Origin: Psammoneis japonica
Lineage: Eukaryota
NCBI GenBank assembly: GCA_008632985.1
Contig: QPGO01000328.1
Location: 1 to 53,784 of the forward strand
Length of the DNA: 53,784 nucleotides
Direction of reading: 5' to 3'
Position numbers and translations under genes: made by a program
Notes under the pieces: model-generated
Database searches by the model: none
Seen by the model: the letters and a program-made list of their open reading frames with translations, nothing else
Told to the model about the DNA's origin: nothing
Shown here: one piece after another, positions 1 to 10,298 of the stretch
Layout: each line of letters begins with the position of its first letter
Numbering within the stretch: the first letter of the stretch is position 1

Positions 1-722
1 GAGGAAGAGCGCACATGCGCCATTGTGTGCCAAGGATCAGCAAAGTCTGGCGGACAGTTGACAACGATGAATGCAACAAGGTGTGTCGCTTCAATTCATT
101 CGTGTCAGATGTCCCATCACAATGAGAGCATCAATGTGGATGCAAATGACGACGATTCTCTGCATCGCTGCTTGGTTGCTCAGGTGAATGTCTCTCACAA
201 CAACATTGGGGGAGACGGGCCACATGACCAGCACAATCTGGATGTCCACCCGGATTGTGCCGAGTGGAAACGGGTGCACACACTGTCGACCTTGAGTCGT
301 GCATCGACTGTCACGCCCGAGATGCTCTCCAAGAGGTGGAACATTGGCCTGATGGCCACCCAGAACACCTGACAGTGACAACCCAGGCAGGGGTCTGCAA
401 TGTCAAGATCTTGGATTGCATGAGCTCTGGGTTCACGCTCAAGGACAGAAGTGTCTGCGAGCCGGAGGAACACTTGGGCGCCCAGATCAGAAAGTGCCAG
501 TTGTCTGACTTGGAAAGCAACTCATGCTGGGCCATGTCCTCTGACCTTTGTGTGAAATGGGCATTGGCTGATGTTGAGTTGGAGCTCAAGAAAACTGACA
601 GGCGTCTTCCGACAAAGGCGTTGAGGCCCTTGAGCTCAGGACACAGGCCTGAACTGGACGGCTGGCCTGAGTTGAATGCCAAAATGGCCAACCGTCATCA
701 AGGCTTTGTTGGTGTGCTCCAA
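1..722 (+). mobile_element. Ty1/copia (CoDi-like) LTR retrotransposon pol remnant, internally deleted
   Basis: TPEMLSKRWNIGL..TQNT/LTVTTQAG resembles the pre-integrase region. It is joined directly to RT C-terminal motifs EPEEHLGAQI, WAMSSDLCVK, PLSSGHRPELD and RHQGFVGVL (expected EYLG, YVK, GYRPELD, RYQ). Confidence 0.8.
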
Positions 723-724
723 GT

Positions 725-1098
725 TGTTTGTTTTTCTTGAAAAGACATGTTTGTTTTTGTCAAAAAGACATGTTTGTTTTCCTTGAAACAACATGTTTGT
801 TTTCCTTCCTTGAAATGACGTGTTTGTTTTCCTTGAAAAGACATGTTTGTTTTCTTTGAAACAACATGTTTGTTTTCCTTGAAATGACATGTTTGTTTTC
901 CTTGAAATGACATGTTTGTTTTCCTTGAAAAGACATGTTTGTTTTCTTTGAAAAGACATGTTTGTTTTCCTTGAAAAGACATGTTTGTTTTCCTTGAAAA
1001 GACATGTTTTCTTTCCTTGAAATGACATGTTTGTTTTCCTTGAAAAGACATGTTTGTTTTTCTTAAAAAAACATGATTGTTTTCCTTGAAAAGACATG
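725..1098. repeat. 23-bp tandem satellite, array 1 (consensus CTTGAAAAGACATGTTTGTTTTC)
   Basis: About 16 head-to-tail units with a 23-bp period (e.g. TTGAAAAGAC at 971 and 994). Confidence 0.95.
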
Positions 1099-1123
1099 CA
1101 TCTGGGACGCCAACAATCTGGGT
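1099..1123 (+). repeat. Left terminal inverted repeat
   Basis: CATCTGGGACGCCAACAATCTGGGT; the reverse complement of 14933-14957 is CATCTGGGACACCAACAATCCAGGT. Confidence 0.85.
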
Positions 1124-1391
1124 CTGACTGTCTGCCATGATCTGGGTGTTTCTTGACTTTAACGCCAGATCATTGTCAACTTACAAGCCAATTCTCTCCT
1201 CAAATGTGATGTGAGAACTGTGTGAGTTTATGGGCTTCTAAAACCCAAATTGCTTCTCACTTTTAAGTGAGATCATTCCTTTCACATGATGCTGACCTGC
1301 GCCCCAATTAACATTTGGGGTTTCTCGTTCTTTTAACACAAATGTTGCTGCTTGCAATCCACCCTCCTTTTCCACCAACTCATCCTACATT

Positions 1392-2780
1392 TTATCTCTT
1401 TGCCATGTCGTTTTCAAATCCAAGTTCCCAATTGCCACACGTTGTTGCATCTAAACCGTGTCGCAGAATGCATTTTTTAATTTTCGCTTGTCCAGATTTT
1501 GTTGTTTGTTTCAAATTACGGTTGCGCACCAGTTTGGTTGGTGGCCATTGCGGCATTTGCTGCCGCTCCATTGCCTGCAGCCACTGCCTGCAATGGCAGG
1601 TCCTCTCCCATTGGCGCCGCCCATCCTTCCTCTCTCTCCTTTCTTTTTTCCTCTCTTTCGCATTTCTTGTTTTCCTCCTGAGACAAGTTTGTCTTCTCTT
1701 GCCTTCCATTCTTGAACCATGCACCAAATCCCTGGTTGTTCTCTCTGTCTTTCACCACCCACCGACATGGATCATTGTGCTTCTTGATCCCCTCCTTGCT
1801 CCATCCTTGGCTCCTCTTTGCCGATTCCCCCATCGCCTGTGCTGTGTGCTTTGCAGGAGCAGCGTCTTTCACAGATGGCTTTCTTCTCCTTGCAACATTT
1901 TCTTCCTTTTCCAATTTCTCTGCCGTGCCCTTCACCTTGTTGCAGCAGCTCAAGTGCACTGGCAGAGCAAACGCCTCTGACAAAACCGAAAGCCATTCCT
2001 GAAGCATGTCGGTTGTGCTTCTGCCAAACTGCACTTGTCCCACCACCGTCGGCACCACAGTTTCCAAGAACCACGCGCATGTGTCCTTGTCATTTCTTCC
2101 CTTTGTCAAATCTTTGCAAGCCACCAGCGATCCCTCTAAAGCAGCAACTGCACAGATGAAAGCAAAGGAAGAGACACCCATCCCGTCAGACAATCGCCTC
2201 CAACACAATCGCCGGCACGCACACATCTGCTCACCTGCCATTCTCCTCCCAATGTTGTCCTGCACATCATTCCTCTTTCAGTTGAGTTTGGTCCTGAGCA
2301 CCTCTTTGCATTCTTCCCAGAACTTCTCCGGTGAAGACGCCATGCTCCTTGACTCCTGCAGAACCAATTTCATGCAATCTCCTCCCACGGCGAGTTCATG
2401 ATTGAAGATTGCAAACTTGCGACATGGCCAAACACTCTCATTGATGACCTTTGTCAACATCGATGCTGTCAATTTCTTGCCCACCGCCGGCGCACGATCC
2501 AACACAAGACATCCCTCTGTGGGAGTCACCACCGAACTTGAATCGCCACCTGCATGCTGGAATCTGTTCAATTCCCCATGTTCATTTCTTTGTGCATGCA
2601 ACAAGGCCGCGTGGTGACTTCATGCAACACCACACAGATCAATCCAATGATTGTGTTGGTTCATCAGCAACTCTTTGTCATGTCCTTTCTCAATCTCACT
2701 TGCCGCTGGAAGTTGCACTTCCTCCCTCCGTTGCTCCTGTGAGAACCGCATCCTCCATTTTTTTTTACCTTCTCCATGGC
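1392..2780 (-). pseudogene. Transposon accessory ORF remnant, function unknown
   Basis: ORFs 2278..2604 and 1516..2265 read as one interrupted protein (EKFWEECKEVLRTKLN; AWFLETVVPTVVG...EWLSVLSEAFAL) followed by a charged tail. It resembles diatom DNA-transposon accessory proteins as I recall them. Confidence 0.4.
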
Positions 2781-3277
2781 TTCCTGTTGTTTGGAACTTC
2801 CGTCCTTTCCTGTTGCTTCATGAAAGGCAAGTTGCAAAATGAGCGCACTTTGCATGTGATTTTCTTGGTTTTGTTGTTGCTCGCGTGTCCTCTCTTGATT
2901 CAAACAGGTCTTTGTGTCATTTTTGAGTGCTCATTCCCAACCCCATGTTTGCACCTCCATTGATGTTTCACTGTTTTGAATTGTGCACCTTTGTCAGCCA
3001 ATCCAATGCACCAATGAAGATTGCAATGTCATTTGAATCAATGCCAAACAATGTGCCACATCTCTTTGCATTGATGCATGCATTGCGCCTCCTTCATGAT
3101 GCAACATCTGCTTCATTTGGCATGTCAAGTCATGTCAAACCTCCCATTTGTTGTCCCTGTCTCAATGGGTCATTCTCTCTGCTTCCCCGACACCACATCT
3201 CTCCAGTTGCTCTCTCTGTTGCCCAAATTATCCAGCCCACTTTAGTGTCCACTGAAGTGTGTTGTTGTCACTGAGAT

Positions 3278-4066
3278 GTGGTTGTCGTGAGTCATTCCCG
3301 TCATGGGAACGCATGTTCCCTCTGTTGCAATCACATGCCGCCAATTGATGATCAAATTGGTTGTTTTGCTGGTGGTGGTGTGGAATCACATGGTGGTGCG
3401 GCAAGCTTTGCCTTCTCCACCGAGGTCATTTGTAACCCCGCTCTCTTTGCGGCACAAATTCGAAGCCGTTTTAATTTCCTCGACATTGGTGGTGGTGTTG
3501 GCGGTTTTGCGATTGCCTGTCGTCTGTTTGTTCCTGCCTGCAATGCCCACAGCATCAAGTTCCACCGTCCCCGTCATGATCTGGGCTCTCAGTGGTGTGA
3601 TGCCATGTGGCACAACAACGCCAGTCGCTTTCCCACCCTGATCAATCAGGACTTCCTCTCCGAAGACGATGCTGTGCATCGGTTGCACCGTCTGAACAAC
3701 TTAAAGATTTTCTTCAACAACTGCAATGGGCAAATGCTTTTTGACAACAATGCAACACAGAACCAACTTGAGGAGATGCTGTCCAACAAGTGTCCTGAAG
3801 GTGCCATTGTCATTTCACTGGACGTGATGTTTTGTGTTTGTGTGCACAAATGGAGGCATGAATCATTCTTTGTTCCTGCCCATCCAGATGATCTGTCGTG
3901 GGGAGGCGGTGTCGATGGGCACCCACTTCACAAGTGCGCCAAGAAAAGAGACGATGCCATGGAGACAAGGCATTCCACTGGGAACGACCTGGGGTCTGAC
4001 ATCAAATGTGAATTCAAGCCTGCCAAAAGTGGGCAACTTTGCAATTCCCCTTTGTTTGTGATGTGA
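3278..4066 (+). pseudogene. DOT1-like (H3K79) class I SAM-dependent methyltransferase, transposon cargo
   Basis: DOT1-like motifs occur in order: ESHG (SYGE), FLDIGGGVG (FxDLGSGVG), QDFL (GDFL), IFFNN (IFVNN), PEGAIVISL (KEGxRIVS), LSWGG..PLH (VSWT..YY). There is no Tyr in 262 aa. Confidence 0.7.
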
Positions 4067-4191
4067 CTTTCGTCTGTGCAAGCAATGCATTGTCAATTGG
4101 CCCTTCACACAAACCTGCTTTTTACCTGCATCAACTTGCTGCTTCACCAGTTTTGCATTCCAACACCTGCTTGTTCACATGCTTGCCATGT

Positions 4192-5141
4192 TCACATGCT
4201 TGCCATGTCAAAATTGTGGACTGGACATGCCATGTTCCTTCGATCCGAGTTCGTTTTGTCAGGCAAAGCTTGGCGCGACATTCTTGCATCAAAAACAAAT
4301 GCAGTGCCTGCTTCTCCAGCCAGTGATTGTTTTTCCAAACCCAACCTGACCAAGTGTCTTTCACGTTCCTTCTCATTCAATGTCACCTCACAACCATCCG
4401 GCCATGTCTCAGCTGTGCCATTGTGCTCCGTTGCGTTGTTGAGGAACAGAAACATGGTGAAAATTTTGTCACCAGGTGACAATTTGGTTTCCACGCAATC
4501 GCAATGAATTTCCCCTTTGACCAGAAGTTTGATCTTGAACGTGAAGCAGGAGCATTTGCTGCTGTGTGTCGGGACATCTTTCTGCTTGAATCACCTGCCA
4601 GGGGAAAGCCAGGAATTAACTCCAACATTTTCTCTGCCAACCCAATGCCTTCCGCCTTGTCCTTTTTGTTGATGGCAAACTCGCCGACAAAACGGTGTCC
4701 TTCCTTCTCTCCCTCACCACTTGGTGCCTTGTTTGCCAGTGTTGTTGTCTTGTTGAGCAGGGGTGGTGGTGTTTTGAATTTTTGCAAGTGGCCTTTTTTT
4801 CTTTCCTGGTGCTCTTTTTCTTTGGACCCCGCCGTCTCACTCTTGACGACATGAGATTTCATTTCGCCCGGGTGTGTCAGCAACTTGCCATGTTTCTGGC
4901 ATGACGTTGTTGGCCAACGGGCAAATTTCTGGCATCCGTTCACAGAACACTTCTGCGCCATTCTCTGAAAATGCCTGTTCTGCCAAATCAAATGGTGCCT
5001 GGTCTTTTTCTTTAAGTGGAGCAGACCCAATCCAGCGAAAGTCTGCACCCATTGCTTTCCAACAAAAACGGCTTTCTTGCTAAATGTGTGTTGCCAACGG
5101 CAGTCCATCTGTTGTGTGCACCACAGATGTTTTTTTCGCAA
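4192..5141 (-). pseudogene. Zn-finger + 2OG-Fe(II) dioxygenase (PhyH-like DSBH fold), transposon cargo, frameshift near 4515
   Basis: The frame of ORF 4192..4494 extended upstream reads KGEIHCDC (HxD). It continues TMFLFLNNATEHNGTAETWP and GEAGTAFVFDARMSRQALPDKTNSDR (distal His position reads Arg; 2OG-binding Arg present). The N-terminal frame has a CSVNGCQKFARWPTTSCQKHG C-x4-C..C-x2-HG finger. Confidence 0.6.
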
Positions 5142-5228
5142 ACAGCCCCATGTGATGTGTTGACAATGGCAGTCTGTCTGTCGGGTGCACCACAGATGTT
5201 TTTTTCGTAAACAGTCCCATGGGATGTG
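5091..5228. repeat. 69-bp tandem duplication
   Basis: CACAGATGTTTTTTTCG occurs at 5122 and 5191. The copies differ at GCAAAC vs GTAAAC. Confidence 0.75.
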
Positions 5229-5954
5229 ATCTTTGTCGATCCTGTTTGCTGCATGATCTCATCAAATGTGTCATCCCAGCCATCTCAAAAGCATGGAAAA
5301 CAATTTTGTTGCTCACAATCCTGTCAGTGATCTTGTGAGATGTTTTCACATCCCCACAGCGGCAGACACAAAGGAAAAGCTGCCATCCACTGCACATTCT
5401 GCACCACAAACAAACTCATTTGGAATTTTGCACATGACAGACAATTGCAAATGACAGGCATTGCTTTTTTGGCAATGCACCTGTCTGTCAACAGAGCAAT
5501 TTGGCATCACTTTTTTGTTGTTGCAACCATGTGTTGACAAAGCAATTTGGCATCACTTTTCCATTGTCAAACACATCTGATGACAGAAGAATTTGGCATC
5601 AGTTTTTTGTTGACACGTGTGTCTGTCAACACATGCCTTTGGTGCCACTTTTTTATTTTTGCACTTGACGCTGGCCTGTGCAGCATCGTGACATGAAGTG
5701 CATCTCCCGCAGCAAACCACATTCTCCCGAATCTTGTCCAAGTTGCTGATCAACTCATGTTGAGCAGCAAACAGATGACGTTTGGGTGACTCTGTCTCTT
5801 GTCCTCTGTGTCCTTGTCATTCCCTTTGCAAAACAACAACCTCAAAATGATCCCACCCCAAAGAATGCTGCCCAATCCCTTGCCTGTTAGGCCACGTTGC
5901 TGAAATGGAACCGACAAATCTCTTTTTCGCCTGACACATCGTACTTCTCTCCCA

Positions 5955-8900
5955 ATGACATTCCACCTGACTCAACCTGCAGTGTTGACCAATGATCCAT
6001 CTGGCCGTTGTCCCCCACCAATGCATCTGGCCCCGTTTGGCATAGAAAACAGCCTTGACACCAAATTGAGGCCACATTGTTCTCCCACACTTTGGGCAAA
6101 TGAACGCGGTCATGTTCATTTGTCACTCAAAAAAAATGGTTTGACAGATCACTTGATCCATGGCATCATGCTGATGATGTTTGATGCAAAAATCTTTACA
6201 TTCGAGAGCAGTGGGAAGAGCAATGTGTGCAACCCAAACCACCTTGGTGAATTTGCAAAATGGCCAGTGCACCCAAGCCACATTAGATTGGCTTTGAAGG
6301 AAGCCACCCTGCCAGAGCTGGCTCGACGAAAGAAAAAAAGGCATGCAAAAAAATCATTGATGCTTGCTGCTTCCAAAACAAAAAATGCCAAAGATCCACA
6401 GCGGCGCAGGTGAGGGATTGCATCTTGTGCACCACCTCCAATTCCCATCTGTTTCTCACCTGACAAAATCATTGTTGATGTTTCCTAGAATGACACCCAA
6501 GCTGAAGGTCCAACAATTGCAACTGGTGTCGGCTCCTGTGTGGAAAGTGCAAATGACAATGACAATGACACAACATGGGTGGAGACGGATGTCATGGATG
6601 ACAAACAACAAATTTGGGCTGTTGCAGACAGCGAAGAAGATTTGCTGGCAAGGGATTTCATCTGTTGTGCTGCTTCCCTTTCCCATCTGTTCCCCACCTG
6701 ACCAAGTGCATGTTGATGTCTCCCAGAATGACAGCAATGCTCAAAGTCAAACAATCACCACCGGCATCGACTCTGTTGAGGAGGCTGCCCATGACAACGA
6801 CAATGACTCTACATGGGTGGAGACAGATGACATGGTTGACGAACATCCAATTGATGCAAGCAGATTGTTGGCAATTGGCATGGAAGCTGGTGGTGATTTA
6901 AATGGAGTGACAAAGATGCGCGCGACAGCATTCAAACTCAACGCCTGCTGGATCTTGGATGTGACGTTTGCACAATTGACAAGAGGATGTGCTGCACTTC
7001 CTCGCCAAAGCACACAGAGTGCGATGTTCTAAGTTTGCACAGATCAGCACAATGGAAGAGATTGTCCAAAGAGACAAAGTTCGATCACATTTGCTTTGAC
7101 TGCATGTGTTCAAACCCGGCCTGTCTCTTGGCTTCAGCTCCAAAGGGACCTTTTTTCTAAGACACACTCAGGGAGCTGCTGCGGTCGCTGACGGATGATG
7201 GGATGTTCTTCCTGCCTGCACACAATCTTGCATTTTCCAAGTTTTGGATGGAATGGAAGAAACAACGCATGTCGGAAGTGCACCCAATTCGCTTCTTGCG
7301 TGAAGAAGAGCAAGCACACAACGAGGTCCCCATCCTTCGAGATGAGGCACAAGCAGACATCTCTGCCTGCAGAAAGTTTTGTGCAAGGGAAGAATGCATT
7401 GAGGATTGTGAGTTAAAACATGAAGAAGTGAAATGGCTCACAGCAACAGATGAAGCTGCATTGGCGCATTTTCCAGATTTCGGGGGTCCAGTCAAACACA
7501 TTGGATCAACTAGAAGAAGAAAGGACCCTTGCCATGCACCAGTTTTTGCCGGTGACAACTGTGTGTTTTGTCCAACATGCAGTCTCAAGAGACACGAGCG
7601 TTTTCGGCGATGCCCATGTTGCAGGCCAGCTCCCATCCGGAATGCTGTGCAGTTTGATCTTGACTACAAAGACGTGCCTGACTCAGCATGTGGGACAAAA
7701 AACAGCAAGAAAACCAGGGAAGAATCTCTCCTCTAGCAAATCAAACAGTGCAACGCCAATCTTGTCAGCTGTTGGAGGCAGAAGGACCAACCACATGGGG
7801 TTGGTGGCAAGAACTGGGGTTTGTTGTTAACACGTCCCAAAAGCATTGGCAAAAATGCGAACAATGAAAGAGAACTCAAGTGAAAATTCTGCCTGAAACA
7901 ACCTCACCGGAAGTCCAACAAGCTGTCTGACACGTTCGACAACAACATTCCATTCATTGAAAAACCAGGCAGGGCGGGAACGAGGTGTTCCCTTGTCATC
8001 CACTTCAAGCTGCGTGCAACAGCACATGGTGCAATGGGTCCGAATGCTTCAAAGCAAATGTGTCGGCACCTGCAAAGCAAGGCAGAGATTCTACATTTGA
8101 GTGCTGACCACCCGCACAGGGCAAGCGATCCAACTCGTCCATTCATTTTGAACCAAGACACAATGGAGGGAATTGCCGACAATGCCGTCTTCAGGTCGTG
8201 CAAGTTTGACAAAAGAATTCTTGGATTGGGTTTGTCAATGCAGCTCAGAGCCATTGTTGAACAGGGACTCAGCAGTGGGTTGGCAAGAGAGTTTTTACTT
8301 GCAGCAAAGTTTGACCATTCATTTTGAGGGACTGTTGCCAAAGATTTTGATGTGAGTGGAGTGATTGCTCAAGGTTGGAGCCACCATGGTGGGTCAGGTG
8401 TTGCAAGGCCTGGAATGACAGAAAAGGAAAAGGACCTCTCTCCGAGATGCAGACAGTGGGTTTTGCAACTGACCGTGATTTTGGTTCACATTGTGTGCCA
8501 AAAAGCTTTGCAGGGAACACCAAGGTCTTCCCAGGGAGAAATGTTGGAGGAAAGACGAAGGTTGTCTGAGAAATGCCAAGTCTGGTTGGGTTGCCCAGAA
8601 TGATTGCGAGGTGTGTTAAAGCTTGATGAGGCAGGATCTCACATTGCCGGTTTTGCTTTCACACACTTCGACAGGGAAAATGAGTGGGAATTCCTCTTGG
8701 ATGACATTGGCAACGGTGTTGTCTTCATTGATGATTGGCGGGATTGCAACATTGGCAAAGATTTGGTGGACAAGCTGAAAAGGCATTTGGCCCCCATCAC
8801 CAACACCACGTTCAACCATCTGTCGTACAACCGAGAGATTGTCGGAATTCAGTTACGAAAGCTGCTGTTCAAGATGGATTGTGAACATGCAAATGCCCTG

Positions 8901-10117
8901 TTCGAACAACTGGAATCCCTGACAGACAGCTTCAACCTTTCAACTGTGGAGAACAAAGATGACATTCAGTGCGCGACCCAGCATGTCAGGGGTCACCTGC
9001 AGCGATTTGACAGTGGCGACCACAAAGGCATGTTGGGATTGCTTGTTGATGAAGGCAAAGACAGAGACCTCCTCCTGGGATTGATCACCCACAGCTGGTT
9101 CAATTTCACATTCCACCATGAGGGGTGCGTTGCTTTTCACCACGGAGACAAACTGGCAGCATTTGTGGGTGTGGAGCTCAATGGTGCACACCTCTTGTTG
9201 CTCTTGTTGCATTGAGAGAATCTGCAAAACCCAAAAACAAAGAATCAATGAAAACTTTGTTGCAGAAAAATGAGACGGGATTGTTGCACCACCGACTGGT
9301 GTCAATGATGAAGCAATTGAAGAACAATGGTGATGTGAGCGGAATGACGTGTTCGACGTTACAGAGATTTCAACACATGGATCCTTCCTTGACCAACATC
9401 AAGGAGATGCGAATCTGCTTTGTGTTCATTTCCAGTCAATTCGATGGTCTGCGGGCAAAGGACACTGATGGAAGTCACGAATCTGCCAGGGAACTTTTGT
9501 TTTGTCGCGAAGCCAGGAAGAACAAACTGCCAGAGCAGTGGCTGCCAAGCACAAGGTTGGCCGATGTGCGCGGGGCTTTGACGATCCAATCGGCTTCCGT
9601 CATGGGACAAATCCCCCCTCAAAATGCAGCAGTGGTGTGCATGTCCAAGGGTGATTCTGGATTTTATCTGTTTGTCAACATGTGTGTTGTTGGGAAAGAA
9701 GCACATGAGAGAGGCGAACGGATCTCCTCATTGAAGGCAAGGGAAGTTGTTCAAAATGCAATTGAAGTTGCAAGAAAAAATGGTGGAAGACCAACTTGGG
9801 CCAAATGTGACCAACTGGGCTGCAGGGAATGTCGATCGATGAACAACAAGTTTTGCAAGGATCCACACTGCCTCGTGTCAAGCGATCGGGGTGTGTCACC
9901 CGTTCGCTCTGTGGAACATTCGACTGAGTCGACAAGCGGTCTGTGGCCCAATGAATCGGAGCACAGGGTTGAACATTTCATTTGTGATCAATGGCATGAT
10001 TTGTCAACTCATGTCGATGTTGGCTCTTGTGTCAAGTCAAAGCATGACTTGACAAAGCAGAAGGGTTTGCTCCAATTCCGAGAATCGAAACTGAGCGGGA
10101 CCAACCAGTGCTTTTAG
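5955..10117 (+). pseudogene. Degenerate plus-strand cargo ORF(s), unknown function, with Cys-rich (RING-like and Zn-finger-like) segments
   Basis: A chain of protein-like ORFs (7203..7736, 8034..8327, 8604..9215, 9125..10117) includes CVFCPTC...RCPCCR and KCDQLGCREC..KFCKDPHC. Confidence 0.35.
6440..6850. repeat. ~238-bp diverged tandem duplication
   Basis: CCCATCTGTT..CACCTGAC..GTTGATGT..AGAATGAC starts at 6444 and at 6682. The copies differ at CCTAGAATG vs CCCAGAATG. Confidence 0.7.
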
Positions 10118-10298
10118 ATGTGTCAGCATTCCATTGCTCTTCAATGTGCTGACTGACAGAAGTGGCAACATTGCTCTTCAATGCTTTTGCTGACAGAAGG
10201 AGCAACAATGAGTGGTGCCAACAGATGCTGTTGGACAGGTCAACACACCTTTTGCAGCAAACTCATTACGAATGTTTCCTTTTTCCCAAGGTGCATTG

